From Mobula birostris (Eukaryota): 64,000 nucleotides of DNA. The notes under the pieces were generated by a model. It worked only from the letters and a program-made list of their open reading frames with translations, did not search any database and was not told the origin of the DNA. Numbering within the stretch: the stretch's first letter is position 1; every line of letters begins with the position of its first letter. The DNA is taken from the NCBI RefSeq assembly GCF_030028105.1, contig NC_092380.1, forward strand, positions 12,303,123-12,367,122, read 5' to 3'. Position numbers and translations under genes: made by a program. Below are positions 25,353 to 38,601 of this stretch, in pieces.

Positions 25353-26873
25353 CAGGTTTCCCCCGCCATCCGAAGGTAGAGCATTCCTATGAAACGGTTC
25401 ATAATCCGGAATATCGTAAAGTGAAGAAGCAATTACCATTTATTTATATGGGAAAAATTTGTGAGCGTTCGCAGACCCAAAAATACCCTACCAAATCACG
25501 CCAAATAACACATAAAACCTAAAATAACAGTAACATATAGTAAAAGCAGGAATGATAGAATGAATATACAGCCTATATAACGTAGAACTACTTTTCCACA
25601 ATCATTGCCACACTGTTCTCCGTAGCGAAAATCTCATGCAAGTGCTCTCGGCAGAAACATGGCACAAGTGCCGTTGGCAAAAACACGGCGCAAGCGCACT
25701 CCTGCAACCTTCAAGCTATTAAGCTGCCAAATGATACCAAATAACACATAAAAATACACAGCCAATATAAAGTAGAAATAATGTATGTACAGTGTAGTAT
25801 CACTTACCGGAATTGGTACAGCGCCGAGCACACTGATGATAGTGTGATCGGCTGAGTCGTCGGAGGTTGGGGTGGTGCAGTGGCCCTCACCCTCCGGGCT
25901 GTCGACCGATACCGATCCGCGAAGAATGCAGAGGGACAGCGGTAGCCGGGACGCACCCAGCACAATTGCCTCTGATCTGGGCCGACACTTACATGCTGGG
26001 CAGCACCTAATTAATTAGCTTGTTTTCTTAAAGATGTGCTGGGTGCATCCCGGCTACCGCTGCATTCTCCACGGTTCGGTATCTGTCCGTGGCCCGGGGG
26101 TTGTGGTGGTGGGACACTGAGGTGTCATCTGTTTCCATCAGGGCAGGCAGCTCATATTCTCCTATGACTGCCTGCCTCGATGTCGAAGGTTGAGGTTCGT
26201 CACTGCTGAGGCTGATGTGGAAGGCTTGCTTGACTGTTTAGCCTCACGCATTTTTAGTTCATACAGTTCTTTGTAAGCACTCAAACCACCCTGCAAATAT
26301 GCCCTAAACCGACGTACCCTTTCAAAATTAAAGCCGTACTTTTCTGCAATCATTGCAGCAAAAATCTCACGCAGTTGCCTCACGTTCAGTTCCTGGACGA
26401 CTTCACTTTCGGTCCGTTCGCTACTGCATTCGGTTTTGATTGTTATCCTTTCCTCTTCTAATTGCATCAGCTCTTCATCTATCAGTTCTTGGGATGCCAA
26501 AACCTCTTCAACATCATCTTCGTCAACTTCCACAAGCCAAACTCACTTTGTCCTTACTTCGTTCACCACTTAATTATGTCTAGTTTTACGCTAAGTGTAA
26601 CACCCTTACGAGCTCTTTCAGGCTTTTCCGATACCTTAGAACTCATCTTGCTGATGGCTGCTCACAGGCACGCGTTTAAGCAATGCCGGCAAGAATGCCA
26701 TTCCGAATCCGGGTGAGAGCGGCTGCTCGGGGCGTGCGTTGCTTTTTTTCACACGCTGCCTTTTTTCCGTAATAGTGAAAACACCTTCTGTTAGCGAAAA
26801 CAGGGAACTAATGGAGGTCTTCCGTAACAGTGAGGTTTCGTAAAGTGAACGTTCGAAAAGCGGGAGACACCTG
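25353..26873 (-). mobile_element. Internally deleted Tigger/pogo transposon
   Basis: TIRs CAGGTTTCCCCCGCCATCCGAAGGT / CAGGTGTCTCCCGCTTTTCGAACGT; TA at the left end; CENP-B-like start MSSKVSEKPERARKGVTLSVKLDIIK (ATG at 26646) fused to the C-terminal EVDEDDVEEVLAS...; DDE core absent. Confidence 0.85.
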
Positions 26874-26932
26874 TGTGTGTGTGTGTGTGTGTATATATAC
26901 ACATACACACACACACACATACATACATACAT
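26872..26932. repeat. (TG)n(TA)n(CA)n(CATA)n compound microsatellite
   Basis: Directly visible at the Tigger right end. Confidence 0.9.
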
Positions 26933-27826
26933 GAGATTGCAAATCTGGCTGAGTGGTGACATAACAACAACCTCTTACTCAATGTCAGCAAGACCAAGGA
27001 GCTTATTATTGACTTCAGGAGAAGGAAACCTGAAGTCCATGAGCCAGTGTCCTCATCGGAGGATCAGAGGTGTAGAGGGTGAGCAACTTTAAATTCCTCA
27101 GTGTTATCATTTTGGAGGACCTGTCCTGGGCCCAGCACGCAAGTGTAAGTGCAAGTGCAAAAACAGCACAGTAGTGCCTCTAGTTCCTTATGAGTATGTG
27201 GAGATTCAACATGATACCTAAAACTTTGACAAACTTCTATTGATGTGTGGTGAGAGCACAATGACTGGTTGATCACATCCTGGTATGGAAACACCAATAC
27301 CCTTAAATGAAAAATCCTACCAAAAAAAGGACTCAGCCCAGTCCAAAGGTAAAGCCCTCCCCACCACTGAGCACATTTACATGAAATGCAGTCACAGGAA
27401 AGCAGCATCCATCATTAGGAACCTCCAACTCCTAGGACATGCTCTCTTCTCGCAGACGCCATCAGGAAGATGCAGGAGCCTCAGGAATCACGCCACCAGG
27501 TTCAGGAACAGTTACTATCCCTCAACCATCAAGCTCTAGAACCACAGTGGAGAACTACACTTAACTTCACTTGCCCCATCATTGAAACCAATGGAATCAC
27601 TTTCAGGGACTCAATATTTAATACATAATTAATATTATTTTCTTTTTGTATTTGTACAGTTTATTGTCTTCTGTACTCTGGTTGAATACCAAAGTTGGGT
27701 GGGTTTTCATTGATTCTGTTATAGTTATATTCTGTAGATTTATTGAGTATGGCCACAAGAAAATTAATTTCATGGTTGTGTATGGTGACATATATGTATT
27801 TGATAATAAACTTACTATGAACTTTA
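26933..27826 (+). mobile_element. Degraded Rex/Babar LINE (RT C-terminus and 3' UTR)
   Basis: NNLLLNVSKTKELIIDFRR and FKFL..IILEDLSW motifs with stops; AATAAA tail. Confidence 0.8.
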
Positions 27827-28994
27827 GGCCTAATAGTTTTCTTTTATGGACATGAAAGTAATAAATCAAATGGTCTCTTCAGTTCTAAACTTCTTGCAAC
27901 CAGAATAAATGCAAGCAAAGCACATTTTCTGTTCTACAAAACCAGATTCTACAACCTAGTACCTAAAGGAAAAGGTTCCCTCAAAGAACTGTTAAGGTTT
28001 GCACTAATTTCAGCCCATGGTGCGATATCCATCAAATCCAACTGCATATGTGTGTCTACTCACTATTGTTCAACAGAGGCTACTCATTTCCTCTACTACT
28101 GTGTCCTCACCACAGTCTTCCTCTCTGAATTACATATTAAAAGCTTAATCACATTTCAAATATGGAGTATTACCACAAGAATGAGGCAAATATGAGCCAT
28201 ACAGTATAGAGAATAATATGACTATTTCATCCTTCAAAATTAGCATTACAAATTAACTTACGACTAAGCAGAAGGAACAAATATCAGAAAGCAGTGACAA
28301 CAGCACTGATCTGATTTTCACAATCCTAGCTAAAGCAGCTTTGTCCATTCTAAACTGGATAAGCAGCAATGAAACAAGCTTTATCTGTTATAATCTGGAA
28401 CAGATTATGTGACGTTGTACCAAGGAGTGTGTGATGCAAATCGCATCCAATTTATAAAACATGCCGAAAGAAAGATTCCTCTCCATCTTATTCCCAATTT
28501 ACTGAACAGGCTTTAAGAATGAAAATCACGGGAAACAGCCAGCATTCCTGCCATGTTAATTGTTTATTTTCATCATGTTTTTTTCCTTTATTTAGACCAT
28601 GTATCCTTCAGAATAGATTCCACAGAATTCTATAAAAGTGCACTAACTACACACCATTATAAATCTAAAATCTAGAATTACCCATGTTTATTACATAAAA
28701 TGGGGTTACATTTAATAAGTACTTGGGGAAAATGTATTTTCTAATACATAGCATTAATATTCCACTTCTTGAAAAACGGGGTAATCGCAAACATCCTCCT
28801 AAAAAACGGCAAACAAAACACATCACATGCCAAAAGGAAAATGGAATTTCACTAGACTTCAAAGGAGAAAGCATTCAATGGACAACCAGAGTCTGTAAGG
28901 TTGTACCCTGCCAATTACATGACTGAAAAACTTTTTCAGATGTGAATCTGATGAGGCAGCTTTCATTGATAACCCGTAAAAAAAAGTTTATATG

Positions 28995-29170
28995 CAACAC
29001 ACACAAAATGCTGAAGGAACTCAGCCGGCCAGGCAGCATCTATGGAAAAGAGTAGAGTCAACATACTCTTTTCCATAGCTGCTACCTGACCTGCTGAGCT
29101 CCTCCAGCATTGTATGTGTGTGTGTTGCTTGGATTTCCAGCATCTACAGATTTTCTTTTATTTGAGGAAG
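28995..29170. mobile_element. Fold-back (palindromic) Penelope-terminus element
   Basis: ~60-bp inverted arms around a ~9-nt loop; TSD GTTTATATG at 28986-28994 and 29171-29179. Confidence 0.8.
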
Positions 29171-29710
29171 GTTTATATGATTATTTTCATGAATGTACAA
29201 GATTATTAACAAATTAACCCAAAGTCAAGGGAAAGCCCCCTTGTCCTAACAAAACATCTCAACCTGCTGAGCATTGTATTGAATCAGAGGTAAGAATACC
29301 TAGTAATATTAACTCCAAAATGTTCATCAATATTAGTTTGTGTCTGTGATCTTGGATTTAATTTGAGATTAAGATTGGATTTTACAAATTACCCATTTAT
29401 TTGACAGATGTCCTTAGAATTTTTGCTCATAATTCAGCCTGTTATTGTTGTAAACTTTACTATTTTATTCATATTGAAAATATTCAAGTTTTCTTTAATT
29501 TGGTGAAAAGGATTAAAATTCTTTTATTCTTTTTCCAAGTTCCACTCACTAAGTCAATGGCCAAATATTCTACCTTGTCTTGAAAGTCAAAAGTGCCCAA
29601 AACACAAACTCTCAATTCACAGCACTGAAAAAAAAATGATTATATCTGTAATGCAGAACAAGTGTAATTCTCAAAACAAATTAGTTTTCCATAGGCTGAG
29701 ATATCTATAC

Positions 29711-29801
29711 CTCTTGGGTATTCTCTTACTACAGGAATGTCACGAGCAAAAGGATGCACACAACTCAGCGTCACAGGTGCCATTTTATTTATTGTAGTAG
29801 G
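29711..29801 (-). CDS. Putative exon 2 of the unidentified gene (PTTINKMAPVTLSCVHPFARDIPVVREYPR)
   Basis: Polypyrimidine acceptor ttctgttctgattctacacag; donor AG|gtatag; 91 nt, phase 0 to 1; open frame in non-repetitive DNA. Confidence 0.55.
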
Positions 29802-32800
29802 CTGTGTAGAATCAGAACAGAATCTAAAATAAACTTTAAATTAACTCTGAAATACACAGCATAGATTCTCAAATAATTGAGAGATAAATTGTTTTCACTG
29901 CTATAAATCATTGAACATTTACACAAAATTTACAAAGGCTGTTGCTGATGGCTTTTTTAAATTTTACAATCAAATATACATGAGAAGTGCTTTTTTCCTT
30001 GAGATCAAACAATATTAGTATTCTCAGCTCTAAACCATGACAAGTTATGCATTGATACATCTGTGTTTTTAAGCCTACAAATTACATGAAATGTAAGCAG
30101 TGTTATTTTTTGCTCATCTTTACGTAAGGGTTACAACACTGCAGCATATGGATTAAGTACAGCAGTTTGTTAAGTACAGGACTTGATTCAAACATATGCC
30201 TTGTAAACATTAGAATATGAAGCATACTGTAAAATCACAGCTGAATATAATCCTGTCCACACCTAACCTTCACATGTCTATGTCCAAATGAGGTACCTGA
30301 CAATGATCAGGCTTCAACGCTTACAACACATACCTTCTCCTAGCACAGAGGCACTACTATGCTACTTCACTTATCCCCAAGTGTGATGAATTAAATCAAA
30401 ACCAGTTAATTGATAAACAGCATTGCACCACAGTACAAAGTAAACAGCTTTAGTCCAGTTGCCCTAAAACACAGAAATGGATCAATCCAATGAATTGAAC
30501 AAATATGTACTTTCCTGTTGGAGGCACTGCAACGTATGTAGAGTAATCTGACAAAAAGACAATCAAAACACCATTCCCTGATCAGCGTTTCGCAATGGTT
30601 TCAATAATTTTATTCTATACTGAGCTGGGAAATGTGTTCTTTAGGCCATTCCTCAAGCTTAACAATAACCTTCTACTCCACTTCACGAGCACCTGATGTG
30701 TGAACAGCAGACATTCCACAGAACGGGTCTGTGGTGGCTCAGTTTGTCAGGAGTGATCAAGAGCTCAGAATTTTCAGAGTTAGGTAAAGGCTGCTTTGAG
30801 TACGTCCTTGACTTATTTCTTCTGTCCGCCTGGTCATCTTTTCCTACATTGGAACAGAGGGTCTGTTTTTGGGGGTCTGGTGTCAGACATGAAATTTGTT
30901 TAGACTACACGATATGCTCAATGTTGACCAATAGCATATACCAAAAGGAAATAACAAGTGCTATCATTTGAATTTCAGCAGGACGTACAAAATCTTCTAA
31001 GTGTGAAAAGCCATTACTATAATAATTACAGCATCTAAACCTCAAGCCCTGAAATCCCTTTCCAGAATCTGTCACTTTGATCAAACTTTTAGTCACTCTT
31101 TACTACTTCCTTCATTGGCTCTTGTCAACTTTTCTCTTTTTCTAAGGATGTTCTGCTGAAGTTTCTATATCAATGCAAGATGGTGTATAAATGTCCCCTT
31201 AGCAAATATGAACACTTAAAGTATTTGACATTGCAAAGGCAAGTGTGAACCACTGATGGTTACATACTGTCTATCACTAATCATCTTTATACTGGGAGAC
31301 ATTTATGGCATGCAGTTAGGAACTTTACCTCCTTTTTCATTGAGTCTGGGGTTGATTCGGCCACTATTCCAGGATTTCATTGCGTAATCTGGACTAGCAC
31401 TGCAGTACGAAAGGAACACAATCCAAAACATACTTCCCCATTCAAAACTAAAACATGGATGATCTGTATTTACCACATGCATCAAATCCAGTTTATCAAA
31501 ATAATTTACAAGTTTTTTTTAACATCGAGGTGGTAACATTCTCATCTAACCCAGAGATGCATTTTCTACCATATTGCCCCTAAATAATGTTAAATTTCAT
31601 ACATCAATCTTTGAAGATAAAGAAGCTTCTCTGATAACTAGGCTAATGTTTTCTCTTGATGAAATTATTTAAAAAGTTAAAGGATCAGTCTCATCTTCGA
31701 TGACTAAATATTGTTATATATAAAATATACACAATATTTGCCAATAAGTGTAATATAACATTAATAAAATTTGCACCTAACATACCTTGGATCATTCAGA
31801 CACATCCAATGAAATGTGACTGGTTTACCTCCCACTAGGTTTTGATGATTCCCATATTAGCCAAACGGCCACACAGGAACACTCTGCAACAATGAATGCC
31901 ACATCATGCAGGACAAAGCTCATATTCTCAACACTTTTCATTGTTGTCACTCGCTTATCATTACATTCCATGTGTATATCAATCCTCAGGGACCAATGCC
32001 TTTCCATACTTCCCCACCAAAAAATACAGATTTCACATCCAAGCAATATTACTTAAGTTCACTGAAAGCTGAAGATTCATTTTCTATACATTGAAGATAG
32101 ATTTTCATAGAGTGCACTCACCTACAAGGTGCACAACTCAAACCTACATGACATTCACAATAATGAAAAGTGAAATAATTGGGATTCTATCCAGTAAACT
32201 GCAGATCAAAGCAGTATTTTTTTTAATTTAACTACTTCGTGATCAGACTGAGTGGGTTGGGTGGTGGGTTGTTGATTGGAATAAAAGAGCCAAAAAGATG
32301 CAACATTACAACAAACATTTTTGGTGATTTGCTTTCCTTTTAAATACTTCAGACTGTTATGAAACTACATCCACTAAATTTACACGAGGAAAAATGTCAC
32401 TCATACAATAAAATTATTCAATTTTTCTCTTCACATCTACGAGTATGAGATTAATATAATTCCTTACTGTAACTCAATTTAAATATTGCATCTATTGCAA
32501 TTAATTCACTCTCAAAATCAACTACCTGCAGCTCAAAGTCATTTGGGTCTAAAATTCCAAAACTAGAGAACTTTACCTTTTCTGGGCTTCCTTTTTGGAC
32601 ACAACGAGGGTTTTAAAAACTCGAATACATCATATAATGTGAACTGTATTGCTGGCCTAACCTCTCACCGCTTCTTACAACCTCCTCACCATCAGCTCAG
32701 TCAAGCTTTAAAAACAGACAAACCTAACAACCTTCTTGGACAGAGTTACAATTAGGAGCACCTCAAGAGACGGTAATAAACAAAACACGACGACTTCCAC

Positions 32801-33279
32801 ACATACTGGACAAATGCACGTACTCTCAAATCCTCACACGCTATAGTGCAGAGAAATGTTCCTGACAAGAGGCCACCATCACCTAGAAAAACACTGAAGT
32901 GGGGCTCTGTCTCCTGCCCCGGGAAGCGACACTGTCAGCCGCATCAACCTCAGCCCTTCTCCAAACGCTTGGCCCCGACAGGGGGATACTTTACCCGGTG
33001 AAACTATGTTAACTTGAGCCACAAGTCGTGGGATTTTGTTTTAAAGGAGCAGGCTGCCTTTATGGGTAAAGGATACAGACGCTCGTCGGAGTTTGTACAA
33101 TAAAGGCTCAGCCTCTATGAGGGCTCCACCGGTTCTTTTTCACTGGAAGTTGTGGTGACCAACGTCGTCGAAGGCAAAATGGAGCTCGGTACAAACCGGC
33201 CTTTACTCTTTGGGAGTAGGGTGGAGGAAAGGAAGAGAAGGATCCCTCTGGGCCCGGCCAGGCTCCTGAGAGCCCCCAA

Positions 33280-34400
33280 CCCCACTGTGTGCCGGCCTCT
33301 CTCCTGGAGGAAACCCTCACCCCAATCCCCGCCTCTCTCCCGGGGGGAGGCCCCATCGGTCCCGGACCCATTCCTACTCCCCCTCCCCCGACCCCGTCTC
33401 CGGCCTCACTCCAGTTGGGCCACCACCGCCCACTGCATTCGCTTCTCCTGCCTACCTGTGCGGCCTCGCTGCTCATCCCGTTCTCTCCCGGGTTCACGCT
33501 GGCTTCCAGACGCTGCCTCTTCGCCTCGGCCGCCGCTGCGTCTCCCGGCTCGTCTCGCTTCAGCCCTCGTAACATTCGCTCGGGGCCAGGGCCGGGCCCG
33601 GGGCCGAACCCCCCACCGGCCACCGGCTCCGCCGCCATCAGGCTGTACTCAGAGGAAGGGGGGATGGATAGGGTGGGCGGTGTAGTCGGACGCGGGGTAG
33701 CGGCGGCAGCACGGGGCCGAAGACGAGAGAAACCGGACGGACGACCGCACGGGGTGGGGAGAAGAGACCCAAAAAAAAATCTACAATGTAACAAAAAAAA
33801 TACTTTTATCCCCCACTCCAAAGCACGGCGCAAATCTACACCCGGCAATTTCACACAGAACTGCGGGAGCCCAGCTCACGGCGCTGCCAACCGCGCCGAG
33901 TTTTACCTCACACACACACACACACACAGGGATAGGGAGCGGGAGCGGAAAACAATCTTTAAAAAAAATGGCCCAGATTCGCCGCGCTCCGCGCGCGTGC
34001 CTGTACCCACCACCCCCCGGGCGCGAGCACAACCCCTCCGCACCCGCGCGTGCCGGGAACGCCCGTTGGCGCCCTCTGCCGGGCGGCCTGGCCGTCCGCC
34101 CCCGGTCCGGATGGGAATGGTGACGTCAGCCGGGGGGGGAGGGCGGTAATTCCCTGGATATGGGGCGCAGTGTGCCGCGTGGAGACCTATCGCTTTCCGG
34201 TTCGGCGGTTAGGTTGGGCCGGGGAGGGTGGTGGTTGAGGGACAGGCAGGGGAGAGCCGTTGCCAAGGTGACTAGGGAACACACCTCCCGTCCCCGACTC
34301 TTGGACCGCGGGCGCCGCCACAGGCCGGGGCTGGCACCGCAAGCTGAGGTTGGAGTTGCTTTAACCTCCACCACGCGGCCCCTCGAGCCTGCTGAACCAT
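33280..34400. promoter_or_regulatory. CpG island / promoter of the unidentified gene
   Basis: Sharp GC and CpG enrichment; CRE TGACGTCA at 34121-34128; GC boxes; X-box-like GTTGCCAAGGTGAC at 34259-34272. Confidence 0.8.
33456..33638 (-). CDS. First coding exon of an unidentified gene, probably a nuclear protein (MAAEPVAGGGFGPGPGPGPERMLRGLKRDEPGDAAAAEAKRQRLEASVNPGENGMSSEAAQ)
   Basis: ATGGCGGCG start inside a CpG island; 183 nt ending at CAG|gtaggc (phase 0); Gly/Pro/Ala-rich N-terminus; bipartite-NLS-like KR-x10-KRQR. Confidence 0.75.
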
Positions 34401-35559
34401 TTAAAGGGCTCTTGGCTTATAGCCCTTCATTGCTTGATCTCCAAAGATCTATCTCACTTATTCATCGAATCGAGGAAACAGAACTTGTTTGTGCACATCA
34501 ATGGGGCATAGCTGGAGGAACTCGGCTGGGCTCCATTTCCTGACCCTGCCTTCACTATTTTCTGTCACAATAGATTTCTTTGTCTGCACTCTCTTGTGTC
34601 TCAATTGTCTATATTTGGACCATCCGTCTAAACCTTTTCTATCCATATATTCTTCCAAATGTCTTTGCTTCAACCACAGCCTCTGGAAGCTTATTCCATA
34701 TACCCACCACCCTGTGTGAAAGTATCCCCTCTTAGCTTAAACCAGTGGTTCTCAATCGTTTTATGGCATTAAGACCATAAAGACATATGAGCAGAATTAG
34801 GCCATTCAGCCCATTGAGTCTGCTCCGCCATTCCATCGTGGCTGATCCCAGATCCCATACACCCGCCTTTCCTGCCATATCCTTTGATGGCCTGCCTGAC
34901 CGATCAGGAAACTATCAACTTCCACCTTAAATATACCCATGGACCTGGCCTCCACTGCAGTCTGTGGCAGACCATTCCACAGATTCACCACTTTCTGGCT
35001 AAAATTAACTGAGGGGGTCCATGGCCCCCAAATTGGAAACCACTGCTAGTCTTAGATTCCCCTACCCTGGGGAAAAATAGACTGACCATTTGGTTTATCT
35101 TCACCCTTCATGTGTTGATGCACAAGGTCACTCCTCAGCTCCCTACAAGGCAAACAAAAATCCCTGGAGAACATGTTGTGTTTTCAGCTGATGTCACTCA
35201 GGTGGATGGAAAGGGCGCAAAAGATAGATCCCTGGGGATTCCGAAAGATAACAAGATGGATGTAGAAAGAGAAAGCACAGAGGTGACTCTGTCTTTGATT
35301 GCAGTCCTTTGAAACCTTCCATCTCGGTGTGCAGCTACTTTCGGAAGGTCATAGAGCGTGGAAACAGTTCTTCAGACCATCAGCTGCATGGCAGCCACTG
35401 TCTTCACATTCTCACTAGTTCCATATTAATCCCACATTTCCCTCCATTCTCCCCTCAATTCCATCCAGATCCTATCACTCATCCACACACAAGGGAAAAT
35501 TTGCCTTGGCCAATTATCCTGCCAGTCTGCACTCAGATTCCGGTTTAATACCACCAGGA

Positions 35560-36400
35560 TTACGTCATGAAATTTGTTTTCTTTGTAACAGAAGCACAAT
35601 GTAATACATAAGATTAGAGAAAAGTAAACCATGAATTATATTAGTTAAATAAATAGAGCAAAGATACAAAAAGTAGTGAGGTGGTGTTGGTGGGTTCAAT
35701 ATCCACTCAGAAATCAGATGGCAGAGGGGAAGAAGCTGTTCCTGGATTGTAGAAGTGTGTGTCTTCAGGCTCCTGTACCTCCTTCCCTGATAGAAGTGAT
35801 AAAAAGAGGGCGTGTCCTGGTGATGGGGGTCCTTAATGATGAATGCTGCCTTTTTGAGGTATCGCTCCTTAAAGGTGTCTCGGATACTACAGAGGCTAGT
35901 GCCAAAAATAGAGCTAAGTTCACAATTTACTGCATCTTCTTTTGATCCTGTGCAGTAGCCATACTCCCACTACCCCCAGCATACCAGACGGTGATGTAGC
36001 CAGTTAGAATGCATGGTTCATCTGTAGAAATTTTTGAGTGTCTTTGATGACATTCCAAACCTCCCCAAATTCCTAATGACACATAGCCATGCCTTCTTTG
36101 TGGCTGCATTGATTTGTTGGTTCCAGGAAAGATCCTCGGAGATGTTGACACTCAGAAACTTGAAAATGCCGACCCTTTGCACTTCTGATCCCCCTATGAG
36201 GACTGGTGCGTCTTACCCTTTCTGAAATGCACAATCAGTTCTTTGGTCATATTGACAATAAGTGCAAGGTGATTGTTGCAACACCACTCGACTAGCTGAC
36301 ACATTTCACTCTCGAACACTCTCTCGTCACCATCTGAAATTCCGCCAACAATAGTTGTATTGTCAACAAATTTATAGATGGTGTTTGGGCTGTGCCAAGC
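35560..36400 (-). mobile_element. Degraded Rex/Babar LINE fragment
   Basis: IYKFVDNTTIVG...LVEWCCNNHLALIVNMTKELIVHFRK in ORF 36194..36487. Confidence 0.75.
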
Positions 36401-37159
36401 CAAACACTCCTTTGGGATGTGGGAGGAGACTGGAACACCCGGAGAAAGTCCACATGATCTCAGGCAGAACAGACAAATTCCACCCAAACCCAGTGAATTA
36501 CCACATCTTACAATTCCCCACTGGTGCTGCTGTTACATGAGCCTAGAATAGTGCGCACAGGTCAGCTCTGAATACTTGGAAACAATATATGTGAAGTTCT
36601 GGAAGAGTACAAAGAGTCCCTAACCTCTAGAGATTGGAAGAATGTTACTGAAACATGAAAAATTATTGTTGTCTTCTCAGGGTGGATGGGAGCATATTAT
36701 AAGCTTGGCTGAAATCAGGAGGGAACAGTCTTCAGATGAGGCGTTAGCAATTTGGAACTGAGGCAAGATAAAATGTCTTCACCCAGAGCAGAGCAAATCT
36801 CCACCCTTTTGAGCTGGGAGGGTCAGTCACTGATCATTTTTGAGACAGAGATTTATAGATTTTTTTTGGATATTATAGGAATCAGAGACTGTGGGGCTAT
36901 GTTTACGATTTTATTAAATAATAGAACAGTCTCAAGGGGCACACAGCCTACACACCAGCGCACAAACCAGCTGGTTTTTCAAGAACAGAAGTTATGATGT
37001 TATAATGGTATGATTCTGATGATAGGTCATCAATCCTGAAACAAGCCACACAGCGCAGAAAAGGGATCTTTAGCCAACGCAAATCCACACTGCCTTACAC
37101 TAATCACACTTTATGCTCCATTAAATAACACCTGTACTCAATCATACTCACTTGTTTAT

Positions 37160-37295
37160 GCCGGCCGGTGGTGTCGTGGCATCTGCATCGGACTGTGAGA
37201 TGAGAGGTCCCGGGTTCGAATCCGGCCGGCTCCTTGCACGTTTTCCATCCGTGCTGGGTCGAGTGTCAAGCTAGCAACTCAGTTTCGTAAATAAA
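37160..37295 (+). mobile_element. tRNA-derived SINE head
   Basis: A-box-like TGGTGTCGTGG and B-box GGTTCGAATCC; homologous to 23580-23720. Confidence 0.75.
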
Positions 37296-37629
37296 CATTC
37301 AAGATGAACAACGATGAATAGCTCAGGAATATGGGAAGATACCACACAAGGTCAAAAAAGAAAACAAAACAAGCAAAGTCAGAACCAGGTTTATTGTATT
37401 TAATGTTGCGGTATTTGCCGAGCCTGCAGACATTTCCTCACCATTCAGGGTGACATCCTCAGTGGGCAGTTGCTGGTGTGCTGGTGCCTCGCAAGCATCC
37501 CCAGAGAGAAACACCAACAACTGTGCACTGTGGATTTCACCTTGCCTGCTGATGAACGGTCTGCAACCCACTGCCAAGCTCAGCAGACACCGTATCACCA
37601 TAAATGATATCATATCCATTAAACAGGGG

Positions 37630-38181
37630 TCATGGACAATTCTGATTTGATGGAGAGGGACGTGAAAGCACAAAGGAACATCTGGAGAAATTTCTGAAAC
37701 GCCTGTTCGCTGCTGTCATTACTGCGCAGTCAGGAATCTTCCGGAGGGAAGGCCTCAAAATCCCCGGCTTTGCCTGCTGTTGGCGACCGAGATTGAGGTT
37801 GAATCGTTCGGACAGAGATGGCACTCAGTACTCGGTGTCGGAGAGCTGATTCGGAGGCTCGAAGTTTTCGGACGACTCAGAGTCGGACACTGGTCGGCAT
37901 GGCAGGGGGAGTTTTTCTTCCTTCCCCCGTCTGCGTGAGATGTGGGACATTTGAGAGACTTTGAACTTTTTACTGTGCTCATGAACTTCTTCTTCAAGTT
38001 ATGGTATTGTTGCATTGTTGTAACTATATGTTATAATTATGTGGTTTTGTTAGTTTTTTCAGTCTTGGTCTGTCCTGTGTTTTGTGATATCACATTGGAG
38101 GAAATATTGTATCATTTCTTAATGCATGCATTACTAAATGACAATAAAAGAGGACTGCGTGTCTTCATAATCTAAAAAAAA
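37630..38181 (+). mobile_element. Non-autonomous retroelement, probably with a LINE-derived 3' end
   Basis: CpG-retaining, young-looking body ending AATAAAAGAGGACTGCGTGTCTTCATAATCT plus poly(A); family assignment uncertain. Confidence 0.5.
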
Positions 38182-38601
38182 ACATCAAAAGCCTCGACCC
38201 GAGCTGCCATTATTAACCACCACCCTAAATCAGGTCCCCCTTTGTTGTGAAATTTGTTGTCTTGCACAGCAGCACAGTCAGTACCTGAGATCAGGATTGA
38301 ACACGAGTCACTGGAGACACGATGTGACGTGGCAGTTATGTCTCGATCTCTTTCTTCTGCTTTTCTGAGCAAAGATGCTGCCCGACCCGCTGAGAATGTC
38401 CAATACTTTGTGGTATCTTAAATTAGAATCAAATGTTGTTATGGATAATAGGGACGAAAAGGAAAAGGCAGAAGGGTGGAATGCATGGGAGATTGAATGA
38501 CAAACGCCAGAAAATCTGCAGATGCTGGAAATCCAAAGCAACGCGCACAAAACGCTGGAGGAACTCAACAGGGCAGGCAGGCATCTATGGAAAAAAGCAA
38601 A

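Noticed and set aside
29060-29075. Idea that fold-back arms end exactly at the hammerhead cleavage site
   Set aside because: This arm runs about 5 nt past the site (AACAT is CpG-decayed GACGT), and the arm at 17339 runs more than 100 nt past it.
33108-33854. 248-aa ORF as a single-exon gene, or as SIRT1/BANP-like because of KRQRLE
   Set aside because: The ORF is GC-rich read-through beyond a good splice donor at 33455, and no downstream sirtuin or BEN-domain exons were found.
33152-34543. Long plus-strand ORFs in the CpG island
   Set aside because: Low-complexity Pro/Arg/Gly shadow frames expected from high GC content; no domain signal.
37016-37042. Additional hammerhead (CTGATGA...GAAAC)
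   Set aside because: The cores and stem II are present but the NUH site and 3' strand of stem I are missing; a truncated remnant at best.
37160-37235. tRNA gene
   Set aside because: A and B boxes are present, but it continues into a SINE body shared with 23580-23852 and I could not build a clean cloverleaf.
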